The notes beneath the pieces were generated by a model. It was not told where the DNA came from, ran no database searches, and worked only from the letters and a program-made list of their open reading frames with translations. DNA of 38,918 nucleotides. Source: Chrysochromulina tobinii. Taxonomy: Eukaryota. Below, in pieces: positions 1 through 8,910 of this stretch; the stretch's first letter is position 1, and each line of letters starts with the position of its first letter. The DNA lies in NCBI GenBank assembly GCA_001275005.1, contig JWZX01002939.1, positions 1 through 38,918 on the forward strand. The letters run 5' to 3'. The translations under genes and the position numbers were made by a program.

Positions 1-786
1 CGCATTACGACGGAGTCGAGCACAAGTGGTGGCTTCCATCGCCGCCGCCGCCGCCGCTGCCGCCTCCGTGGGCGTCAAGCCGCAGGCCGAGGCATCACAT
101 TCGGCGCCGGTTGCGCCGCGCAACGCGCTGCGTCGGCGCCTTCGCACGCGCGCGCGCTCCGCGCCATCGATCCGTGCTGCGCGGGCACGAGCTGGCCCGA
201 CTTGAGAGTCCGAGTGCAGCTCCTCTGTAGCGCGCGCGCGTCAAGGCGCGTGGCGAAAGGGGCGGGCAGGTCGATGGCAAATGGAGAGATGGTTGGGAGC
301 AACGCCGTCCTCCGATGCGCCTGGAGCCGGCCGCAGCGGGGCGCGGAGGCGCGCGCATCGCGCGGTGCGCAAAAAAAAGGCAGGACGGAGCAGGACGAAT
401 TTAAGGGGGTCCGAGCCAGAACCCTGAAAGGCTGCTGCGCTCGCCTTTTTCAGGGTCCCCAGGATTTTGGGGAACGGAATTACGAATTTGTGAGTCTTCA
501 AGCGTGTGCAAAATGCGAAAGCACGACCATGGGCCCCCGGAACCCAGCACGTCCGACGGCGCTTCTAACCCGACCCCCGGCGCAGGCTGACGCGTGACGG
601 GCTCGCAGCGGGTCCGGGCCACGCAGTTGACAGCCTCCCCATCGCATCATACACGGCACTCTCAGTCACTCTGGAGACGTCTGGAGACACATCTGGAACT
701 GCGGATAAGTACTGGTAACCGAGGACCGAGCTCCGAGGCGTGTGCACATGCGAATGAGAACGCGATCCTTGGGCGTCTCCGTCCAG

Positions 787-3700
787 TCAGCTGCCCTCCT
801 GGAGCTGCATGCGTGCAAGACTGGTCGCATTTACAGTCTTGAACGAGCTCAAACCGACGCGATCGTCTTCGCCGTCCTCCTCACCCTCCTCCTCAACGCC
901 TTTGCCCTTGCCCTTTTCTTCGTCCGAACCATCCATCTCCAGTTGCGAACGCATGCGATCGGCGTGCACCTTAGCGAGCTCGTTCACGCCAAAGTTTGAC
1001 GTGTCGGCTTCGTGGCGAAGCGTCGGCGTGAATGGCGACGGCCGCTGCCATAGGGGAGGGTCTGCGTCTATGTCTAGTGGTGCAAAAAAAGAATGGGCAA
1101 GGACGGCAGCGGAGCCAGTCACCGCCGAAGCCGTTGAGGACGTGACGGGGCTTCCACCTAGGCGCTCATGGGGCTTCAGGACGAGCAGCTTCTGCAACAG
1201 GTCTACCGCCGCTTCGGACGCGTCATCAGGCGGCTCCGGCACGTAATATTCGAGGTGCAGGATGCGACGGTACATTTCCTGCTGGTCATCGCCCGCGTAA
1301 AAGGGCGTCTCGCCGACCAAGAACTGGTAGAGCACAACGCCGATCGCCCAAAAGTCCACCTCGTACCCGTAGCCACCACGGGAGAGAAGCTCAGGAGCTA
1401 GATAGTCGGGTGTCCCGACCAAGGCTGTGGCAACTATGCCTCGGGCCGCTGCCGCAGCGGCACCCTCGGCGCTCACCTCCTCGTGGGATGCAAGCACCGC
1501 AGCGGCACCATCACCTACTGTTCCGTCATTCTCTTCAGCAGCGGAGAGGCCAAAATCGGCAAGCTTGCTATGCCCATTGGCAGTGATGAGGAAGTTGGAC
1601 GGCTTAATGTCTCGATGGATGATCGAATTCTCGTGCAGATACTGTAGGCCGAGCAATGCCTCTGCGCAGAAGAAGCGCGCGAGAGCCTCCTCGAAGAAGC
1701 CATACGACTGAAGCAGCGTGAGGCAATCACCGCCGGGCAGGTACTCCATCACCATGTACATGTGCTTGGCTGTAGCGAAGGAGAATAGCAGCTTGACGAC
1801 GAGGGGATGATCCGCGGACGCAAGGATCGACTTCTCCAGGCGCACCGCGGCCGACATCTTGCGCGTGCGCATACCTTCCTGGGATAGCACCTTGATGGCG
1901 GAAAGGTCGCCGGTGCGCCGTCGTCGCGCGAGCCACACTGTGGCGAAACCACCGAACCCGATGGGCTCGACCAACGTGTACTCCTTGATCGACACGGAGT
2001 AGGCCCGCGGTGCTCGCGTAGAGGGTGGCGCGCGCGGATCCTGCAAGGACAGCAGGTCCCAGTACACTTCCATCTTGCTACTCGCCAAGCGAGATGCCTG
2101 TCCGGCCAGTTCTATGAGGGCCGGGTCGGTGAGAGCGACAAACTTGGTTTCTGCCATCCTTTGGAGACGCATGAGATGGTACGTCTGCTGGATTGGGTCG
2201 AGCTCATTGCCGTCGCCGTCGCCGCTCTCCCCGCCTGGAGTGCATTTGCTGCCCGGGTCGCCGTTGCCAGCGCCTACGGGGGCGGATGACGGCGGCTGCG
2301 CGCTCGCTGCCGCAAGCACGGATTTGGTCGCGCCTGTTGCAACGGCTAAGCCGTCCTCTCCGGCACCGTAGTCACTGGATCCAGCAGCCTCGCAGAAGGC
2401 CGAGATGCTCTCCAACGGCTGCAGCGAGGCTTCGATGCGGCAAAAGACCGCCCGCATGCGCTCCTGCCGTTTGCGGATGCGAGCTCCGAAGAGGCGCAGG
2501 GCGCGGTCGAGCTGCCTCACACGCTCGTGGCACGTATGTGCAGCCGTGCAGTGAACGAGGTGGAAAGCCAAGTCGCTGAGGGGTAGCCTGACCTCGCAAA
2601 GGCGGCAAATGGTTGTCGGCTGCAATGCAGGGGGGAGCGCCGCATACGGCCTTGTGCGCACCGGCTTGGCCATTGCTGATGGGCCTGCCGCACCCGCCGG
2701 CTCCTGCGAGCTGACCACGGTCTTTTCGGGCAGCGGTTCCGGCAGGGGACGCGGTGGCTGCAGCGGCGGCGCCGGGGCAGACCGCCCGGGCCCATCGGCC
2801 AGCACCTCGGCAGCGCCGGAAGCGCCTGCGGCACGTTCGGGCACACCATCATCGTCGTCACTATCGCCCATGAGCGCCATCGCCGCTGCGTACGCCGCCG
2901 CACCCGCGGAGGTTGCAAAGGGAGCCGTCTCCGGGTCGGCCACCCCTGGCGTGGATCCGGACGCTAGCCTTTTGGGCTCGACGCAGCTTTCAGAGGACGT
3001 AACGGACCCGCCGTCGAGGCGCCCACTGCTGTTCCAGCCGCTGCCCTCCTTGCGGCTCTCTTTAACGGCGGCGAGTGCAGGGCGCCGGTCTGCAGCTTGC
3101 GGCGACGAGGGGACCGAGCGAGCTCGCGGAGCCGATGCCCTCCAGCCGCCGCTGCCCAAGCCTCCCAACGTACCCACGCCCGCGCCGGGCGAGCCGATGA
3201 GCAGCCGAGCCGGGGAGCGGCCGGGATGAGTGGGCGAGCGCCCCACGAGGAAGCTCCCAGGCGACGAGAGTCCTTCCGGCGTCATCGGATCGCGTTCCGA
3301 TTTGGGCGTATGCCCCTCGGACTGCGTGCCATCCGAAGCTGCCTCGGCAACCTCATCGAGTGTGCGCAGCGCGGATCCGCTAAGATGGTGCATGCCATCG
3401 CGAAGTGCGCCGCCGCAGATGGTGCTGGACGCCGCCGCGCTGCCAGCCGACGAGGCGCTCGGCTGCTGGCGCGAAGCTGCGCCGGCTGTATGAGGCTCCT
3501 CGAGCACGAGCGCACGGAGCTCGTCGCGGATCTGCCGCTCTGCCTGCTGCGTCGTCACCGTTTCGAGCTTGTCCAGCTGCCGCGTCGCCTCGGTTAGCTC
3601 GGGCACGCGCTCGCGCGTCAGCCGCTGCCGCGCGCCCTTGACCTTGTTCACGGAGCCGAGGTCGGGCGTCTGCTGGCGCGCGCCGTGGCGGTCCGAGGCC

Positions 3701-4578
3701 ATCAGCGCCGAGACCTGATGCTGCAGCTGCAGCTCGTGGCGCCGCCGCCAGACGTACTGCCAAATGTTGGTCAGCTCGTGCACGCGCAAGGGCTTAAGGA
3801 GGTAGGCATCGGCGCCCGAGAGGATGCACTGCTGCACGAGGTCGATGGACTCGTACGCGCTCATCATGATCACCGACACGTGGCTGCGGATGGCACGGAT
3901 GCGGCACAGCAGCTCGTAGCCCGACGTGCCCTCCATCATCACGTCTGAGAGAACGAGGTTGATCTCGGGATGTGCACGCACCATTGCGAGCGCCTCCGCC
4001 GCCGACGAGGCACACTCGGCTTGGTAGCCGCACTGCTCGCACAGGACGAGAATAGCGTCCGCCTGGAAGGGGTCGTCCTCGACGAGCAGTAGCCGGATCA
4101 TGTGCGGCCCAGCCGCCTCGCGCCGATTGAGCACATTCGACGAGGTACCGAGCGGCGACATGCGGCCCGCGGGCATTGACGAGATGTCGGAGCAGCGAGA
4201 GCGCCCTGATCCTTGGGAGGCGCGCTCGTCGTAGTCACCCGGGGTGCTGCCGCGCGGATGCCCCACGGGCGCCTCGTTTGACTTTTGTCTGCGCAGCGCC
4301 GCCGCTTGCTCGGCGCATTTCGCCTCAGTCGCCGCCAGAGCTCGCTCTGTTTGAATGCAGCGTCGCACCCATGCAGACAGCTCAGCCGGGAGCTGCGGGA
4401 ACCGAAGCACGAAACTTTCCGGAGCGAGCTGGGTGGCATCGTCGGGGAAGGTATTGGCCCCACTAGCCGGCGGCGCGCCACAGTTGGCTGCGAGGCTGAG
4501 CGCGGCCTCAGCAGCCGAGCAGAGGGCAGCGCCGCGGAGGAGTGGCTCGCCGCCGTCTGAGGAGGCTGGCGAAGCCAT
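787..4578 (-). CDS. Receiver-domain / C2HC zinc finger / AGC Ser/Thr kinase (IRE/Rim15/Greatwall-MAST-like)
   Basis: ATG at 4578 (4581 is TTG). Receiver ~4101-3738: LLLVEDD...NLVLSDVMM...IMMSA...YLLKPLRVHELTNIWQYVWRR. CRLC-x11-HLVHC finger at 2607-2548. Kinase ~1980-1085: GFGGFATV, AIK, HRDIKPSN, DFGLS-[insert]-GTPDYLAPE, DFWAIG. AGC tail PSPFTP...DTSNF...SSFKTVN. Confidence 0.9.
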   Translation of the reverse strand: MASPASSDGGEPLLRGAALCSAAEAALSLAANCGAPPASGANTFPDDATQLAPESFVLRFPQLPAELSAWVRRCIQTERALAATEAKCAEQAAALRRQKSNEAPVGHPRGSTPGDYDERASQGSGRSRCSDISSMPAGRMSPLGTSSNVLNRREAAGPHMIRLLLVEDDPFQADAILVLCEQCGYQAECASSAAEALAMVRAHPEINLVLSDVMMEGTSGYELLCRIRAIRSHVSVIMMSAYESIDLVQQCILSGADAYLLKPLRVHELTNIWQYVWRRRHELQLQHQVSALMASDRHGARQQTPDLGSVNKVKGARQRLTRERVPELTEATRQLDKLETVTTQQAERQIRDELRALVLEEPHTAGAASRQQPSASSAGSAAASSTICGGALRDGMHHLSGSALRTLDEVAEAASDGTQSEGHTPKSERDPMTPEGLSSPGSFLVGRSPTHPGRSPARLLIGSPGAGVGTLGGLGSGGWRASAPRARSVPSSPQAADRRPALAAVKESRKEGSGWNSSGRLDGGSVTSSESCVEPKRLASGSTPGVADPETAPFATSAGAAAYAAAMALMGDSDDDDGVPERAAGASGAAEVLADGPGRSAPAPPLQPPRPLPEPLPEKTVVSSQEPAGAAGPSAMAKPVRTRPYAALPPALQPTTICRLCEVRLPLSDLAFHLVHCTAAHTCHERVRQLDRALRLFGARIRKRQERMRAVFCRIEASLQPLESISAFCEAAGSSDYGAGEDGLAVATGATKSVLAAASAQPPSSAPVGAGNGDPGSKCTPGGESGDGDGNELDPIQQTYHLMRLQRMAETKFVALTDPALIELAGQASRLASSKMEVYWDLLSLQDPRAPPSTRAPRAYSVSIKEYTLVEPIGFGGFATVWLARRRRTGDLSAIKVLSQEGMRTRKMSAAVRLEKSILASADHPLVVKLLFSFATAKHMYMVMEYLPGGDCLTLLQSYGFFEEALARFFCAEALLGLQYLHENSIIHRDIKPSNFLITANGHSKLADFGLSAAEENDGTVGDGAAAVLASHEEVSAEGAAAAAARGIVATALVGTPDYLAPELLSRGGYGYEVDFWAIGVVLYQFLVGETPFYAGDDQQEMYRRILHLEYYVPEPPDDASEAAVDLLQKLLVLKPHERLGGSPVTSSTASAVTGSAAVLAHSFFAPLDIDADPPLWQRPSPFTPTLRHEADTSNFGVNELAKVHADRMRSQLEMDGSDEEKGKGKGVEEEGEEDGEDDRVGLSSFKTVNATSLARMQLQEGS

Positions 4579-4895
4579 CAACCGAAGGACAACACGCTCG
4601 GAGAGGAGCTGGCGTAACGCTCAGCAATGAGCTGTCTGGGTTTTACGGAATGGGCGCCCAGCAGGCGCGTGCGAGGGACGATGCACAGCGAGAACTAGAG
4701 GAGAATTGCTAATTTCCCACGGCGACGTTCATCCAATTTCGCTGTCCTTAAATGCGAGGATGTCTGAGGGAAGGGAAGGACAGAGCTTCCCTGTGACACT
4801 TACATGTCGTGGGACACAATTCTGCAGCGACAAGGACCGACTGGTACGGCGTCGCCGTCTTACATCCGATTTGCGTATTTACAAAATATGACGCA

Positions 4896-4903
4896 TATAA
4901 ATA
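4896..4903 (+). promoter_or_regulatory. TATA-like box upstream of tRNA gene
   Basis: TATAAATA 39-32 nt upstream of the mature tRNA 5' end, in an otherwise GC-rich genome. Confidence 0.5.
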
Positions 4904-4934
4904 GAACTGAAGAAAGTAACAGATCATTACTGCC

Positions 4935-5005
4935 GCAACCGTGGTCTAGTGGCAGAATTCTCGCCCGCCACGCGGGAGACCCGGGTTCGATTCCCGGCGG
5001 TTGCA
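4935..5005 (+). tRNA. tRNA-Gly(GCC), with C instead of U at position 33
   Basis: Acceptor stem GCAACCG/CGGTTGC plus discriminator A. A-box TGGTCTAGTGG. Anticodon arm CTCGC-CCGCCAC-GCGGG, anticodon GCC at 4967-4969. T-arm CCGGG-TTCGATT-CCCGG. 71 nt, no intron. Confidence 0.95.
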
Positions 5006-5018
5006 TTTATTTTTTTTT
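5006..5018 (+). terminator. RNA polymerase III oligo-T terminator
   Basis: TTTA followed by T9 (5010-5018) immediately after the tRNA. Confidence 0.85.
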
Positions 5019-5260
5019 AGCGACCGTCAACACAACCAGAGGGCCCAACGAGCCCCCATCGCGTCACGTAGTTCACAGTCTGGTATTCGTTTCAGTAACG
5101 TACGGTAGGCGCGTTTTTCCGCAGGCCCTGGACCTCTTCATTCTCTCGCCGTGCGCTCCGACCGCACGCGCAACGACGATACACGCCGCCGAAGTCGAAG
5201 CCAAATAGAAGAACTGTCACATTCGATACATTAGTAGGCCCAAAAAAGGGAGTCTCTTCG

Positions 5261-6808
5261 ATGCGACGGCCAAGTCCAAGGCCACCACTCGCGATCCTCG
5301 CGGCCCTCTTTGCAGAGGCCAGCGTAACAGACAGGCCGTTCACCTGCGTACAGGCAGACAATTTCCTCAACGCGCAGTACACGGTGCCCGTCGGCGTTGG
5401 CACGCCCGAGCAGTACCTCAGCTGCGTCATGGACTCCGGCTCGTTCGAGCTGCTCCTCTCCTCGGCTGAGTGCATCGGATGCGGAAAGCACCGGAAGTTC
5501 AACCGCAGCCTGTCTGCCACCTATAGCTCCAAGCAGCCCGACGAGTCGATCACGACCATCTTCGGCCAGGGCAAAGTGGTCAGCCAGCCCATTTACGACC
5601 GCGCCCGCGTGGGCAATCTGACTGTCGGCCGGCAGTCCATGCTGCTCATGCAAGAAAACGGGCTACGCGACTTTGGCGACGGCGCTTACGACGGCATCGT
5701 CGGCCTCGGCGTCTCGGGCCTCGCGAGAGAAACGGACCCGGACCTTTCGCTGCTCTCCGCGCTCGGCGTCGACTCCTTCTCCATCTGCTTCGGTCAGTAC
5801 GACAATGAGCCTGGCCGAGTCGAGTTCGGCACGCCCGTCTCCGGTCTGGACGCCGAGTACTCCGAGTTCGCCGTCCTGGGCAATGACCATTGGCACATTG
5901 AGCTCAGCGGCGTCGCTGTCGTCGCCAAGGACGGCACCCGTACCGAGATTGGCGGCTGCAGTGCCGAGGAAGGCGGCTGTAGTGCCATCGTCGACTCGGG
6001 AACGTCTCTCATCGCGGCGCCGAAGGAGATCCTCAACGCTGCGGGCGGGCTGCTCGATGCGATCGGCGACGTGGATCCCAACTGCAAGGGAATCTCTCAG
6101 CTGCCCACGATCGAGCTGACCCTGGGGCGCGGCGAGAGTGCGCGCGTCGTGTCGCTGCCTCCCGAGCTCTACGTGGCGAACATGGAGGTGGAGGACGAGC
6201 CCGTGACGACCAAGCTGCTGGCTAGTCATCGGCCAGGGCTGCCGCATCGCGTGGACAGGAACGCGACGCACAGCGTGCGTGCCACGAGCGACCCCTTCAA
6301 CGACTTCCGGCAGCGGCTGCATGCGGCCACGTGGCATGCGCAGCTCTCGCTCGCCGCCGCTGCCGACCCTTCGACGCAGCGCGCTTCGTCGGCCGGCTCA
6401 CCGCGCGTCTCGGAAGCGTGTGTGGCACTCTTCATGGACATGGAGCTCCAATCCGACCAGCCGGGCAAGCCGTGGATTCTTGGGCTGCCGCTCATGCGGG
6501 CGTACAAGGCGCGCTTCGATCGGAAGGCGCGCACTGTTGGGCTTGCCAAGCTACCCCTCGGCACCAAGTATTGCACCTCGTGCGACCACATGACCATCGA
6601 GCCTCCGACCGCCGTGGCAGACTTCTTCCCCGCTGCGAGCTTGACAGCCACCCCACTGCGAGCCAAGCACACCGTGCAGCTCGCGCTCCAGCCGCAGCAC
6701 CCACAGCCGCCACAGCACCAGCATCGAACGCACGCATCGCTCGCGTCGACGCATCCGCATCTGCGCATGTCGATGCGCAGCTTGCATCTGCCGAGCTGGG
6801 CGAGATGA
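5261..6808 (+). CDS. Pepsin-like (A1) aspartic protease, probably secreted
   Basis: Hydrophobic N-terminus; NFLNAQYTVPVGVGTP; catalytic VMDSGS (5432) and IVDSGTS (5993); YDGIVGLG and WILG psi-loop motifs. Confidence 0.92.
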   Translation: MRRPSPRPPLAILAALFAEASVTDRPFTCVQADNFLNAQYTVPVGVGTPEQYLSCVMDSGSFELLLSSAECIGCGKHRKFNRSLSATYSSKQPDESITTIFGQGKVVSQPIYDRARVGNLTVGRQSMLLMQENGLRDFGDGAYDGIVGLGVSGLARETDPDLSLLSALGVDSFSICFGQYDNEPGRVEFGTPVSGLDAEYSEFAVLGNDHWHIELSGVAVVAKDGTRTEIGGCSAEEGGCSAIVDSGTSLIAAPKEILNAAGGLLDAIGDVDPNCKGISQLPTIELTLGRGESARVVSLPPELYVANMEVEDEPVTTKLLASHRPGLPHRVDRNATHSVRATSDPFNDFRQRLHAATWHAQLSLAAAADPSTQRASSAGSPRVSEACVALFMDMELQSDQPGKPWILGLPLMRAYKARFDRKARTVGLAKLPLGTKYCTSCDHMTIEPPTAVADFFPAASLTATPLRAKHTVQLALQPQHPQPPQHQHRTHASLASTHPHLRMSMRSLHLPSWAR

Positions 6809-7396
6809 GACCAGAGCTCGTCGCAACGCGGGCTCCGCGAGCTGGCGGGGCGACGACGCGGGATGCACGAAGTACGTTTACCAAGTACGTTTGAAGCGCA
6901 TGTGCAGCATGAGAGTCATGATGATTGTAGATGAAGATGTAGGGCCCGGGGGGGCCAGGGTGCGCGCAAGGCCCCGCAGGGCAGCACCTCTCAGAGCGTC
7001 CGACCCTACAAAAGGTACGCGCGCCTCGCGTCGTTACCCGCGCCGGCGCGCGGCGCCCCGCGGCGCGCGGGCTCGCGCGCCCGCCGGCGGGGTTTTCGAC
7101 GCGGGGTGGCATGTCCGTTATCGTATCCGGCAGCGCTCATTCTTTAAAAATGCCGTGTTATTCTTTATAAAGATGCTGTGCGCGACTCGTTTCGCCCCCG
7201 CGTATGCGTATCTCGCGCCGAGGCCGGACCCCGGACAGGCCCCATCACGCATCAGGCCAGTGGCAGGGTGGCGACCGTGGTCGACCAGGGCGCGCCCCGC
7301 GCAGGACGCCGATCCGATCAAATGTCCTCGCCAGGAACGATGCGGATCCCCCCGGGCCCGCCCGCGCGCGCGCACACACACGCGGGACGCGTGGCC

Positions 7397-7424
7397 GGCC
7401 TTGGCCTTGGCCTTGGCCTTGGCC
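7397..7424. repeat. (GGCCTT)4 hexamer microsatellite
   Basis: GGCCTTGGCCTTGGCCTTGGCCTTGGCC. Confidence 0.85.
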
Positions 7425-7482
7425 GGCGCCGGGTGCGACGCGGCCGCGCGGGCGACCTGGGATCTCACGTTTGGCACGTTCA

Positions 7483-8710
7483 TCACTTCGCCGCATCGCC
7501 ACGAATTGCCTTGGTGGCGTACTCGACGAGGTCCGTCTTGATGCCGAAGAAGCGAAGTGCGGATGGGGCGTGCACTGTAATGTACGACATGACGAGGTAC
7601 TTGAGGGTGCGGCCCGCGAATACGATGCTCAGAATAGCGGGATCAGACAGGCCCGAGAGGATGCCAAACACGATGACAGGATGAAGGATAATGGGCAGGG
7701 ACGACACCAGGAGCATGCCGCCCACGCCGTATGAGGTCACTGCGCGCACGCATGCAATCGCGCTGGGTCTGAGCTCACCAGCAAGGAGGAGCGCCAAGGA
7801 GGAGCGCCAAGGAGCACGCATGGATGGACTGGTATTGCGCGCGGGCGGCTGATGGCTGGCCGGTTCGCAGGCGCGCTTTAGCTGAGGGCGCTCTCTGGAA
7901 GGGCGCTCGCGCAAGGATGCGTAGCTTGGGCGGCATACTTAGGCCCGTGGCCTTGGCCCAGGCTGGCGAGGCGAGGACTGCTGGGAACGTCGTGTTCAGG
8001 TACTCGACGCCACGCTCGCGCACGAGGAAGAGCAAGATTGCCGTGCCGAGAGTAGCTCCCGCCGCGTTGCAAACTGCAGTGCTCACCCACCGCCGCGGCT
8101 GCCCGAGAATCGCCGACAGGAAGATGACGACCGTTGCTCCGGTGAACACGATCGTGAACATGTTAATGGCGGTGCCAGCGCCTGCTACCAACGGAAACCA
8201 CCAGAACGAAGCGAAGCGGAGGAGGAAACGCACGACACCCTCCGCGACACCGACAGCGCCGCGCCTCGCAGACGAGCCAGTCTCGGGTTTCGCGCGATTG
8301 CGCCCCATGAAACTGAAGATGAGCACCGGGACTGCGACCAGCAGAGCTGCAAAGCCGACTGCCTGTGGCTTCGCCCAATCGCGATTGGCACTGCTAATGA
8401 TGATGGGAAGCGAAGCCGCCTTGCCGCACGGGCCGAAGGTCCCACCGGAAAGACACCTTTTGCAGCTTTTGTTCTCACACAGCTTGCCCTGCTTACTGAG
8501 GAACAGCGTGCGCGCACGCTGAGGCGATTCACCATCATCATAGACAGAGATCGGGCTGTTGCGTTCGACGGGAAGCGAGCAGTGCAGCTGCGACTTGCCG
8601 TGCGCGACGAAGCACAGCGGTGCGCGTGTGCTCGCGGCAGCCGCGAGGAAAAGTGCGCAAGGCGACATCGAGAGCGACGACGACGTCACAGAAGGTGCTT
8701 CACATTTCAT
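7483..8710 (-). CDS. DedA/VTT (YqaA-like) membrane protein, two exons
   Basis: Exon 1 is 8710 (or ATG 8668)-7939. Intron 7938-7740 reads GTATGC...GCGCAG. Exon 2 is 7739-7483. Splicing gives ...WAKATGL-M-TSYGVGGMLLVSSLP...FAGRTLKY. Multiple hydrophobic segments, with AGATLG and GRxxKY motifs typical of DedA/VTT. Possible N-terminal targeting peptide. Confidence 0.75.
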
Positions 8711-8910
8711 TCACAACATTTCACAGCCTGGGACTACGAGAGTAAACATGTGGAAGCAAGAGAGTGCTTGCAGTATATCATCATGCAGATTCAGTTGCAG
8801 ATGAACCCTTGGCGAGATTCTCGTCTCACGGTAAAGGTTCCGGACCCTCCGGGAAAGCTTCAGTTCCCCACCCTACGATTCGAGGAGCAGACTACGCTCT
8901 ACGCATGTGG

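Noticed and set aside
1..400. Short ORFs and a GCC run at the window start
   Set aside because: No frame gives a recognisable protein; it may be the edge of a gene outside the window, but the strand cannot be determined
6809..7482. ORFs, AAGTACGTTT x2 and a TGTAGGG/CCCTACA inverted pair in the convergent spacer
   Set aside because: Too short to define an element; no target-site duplication or coding signal
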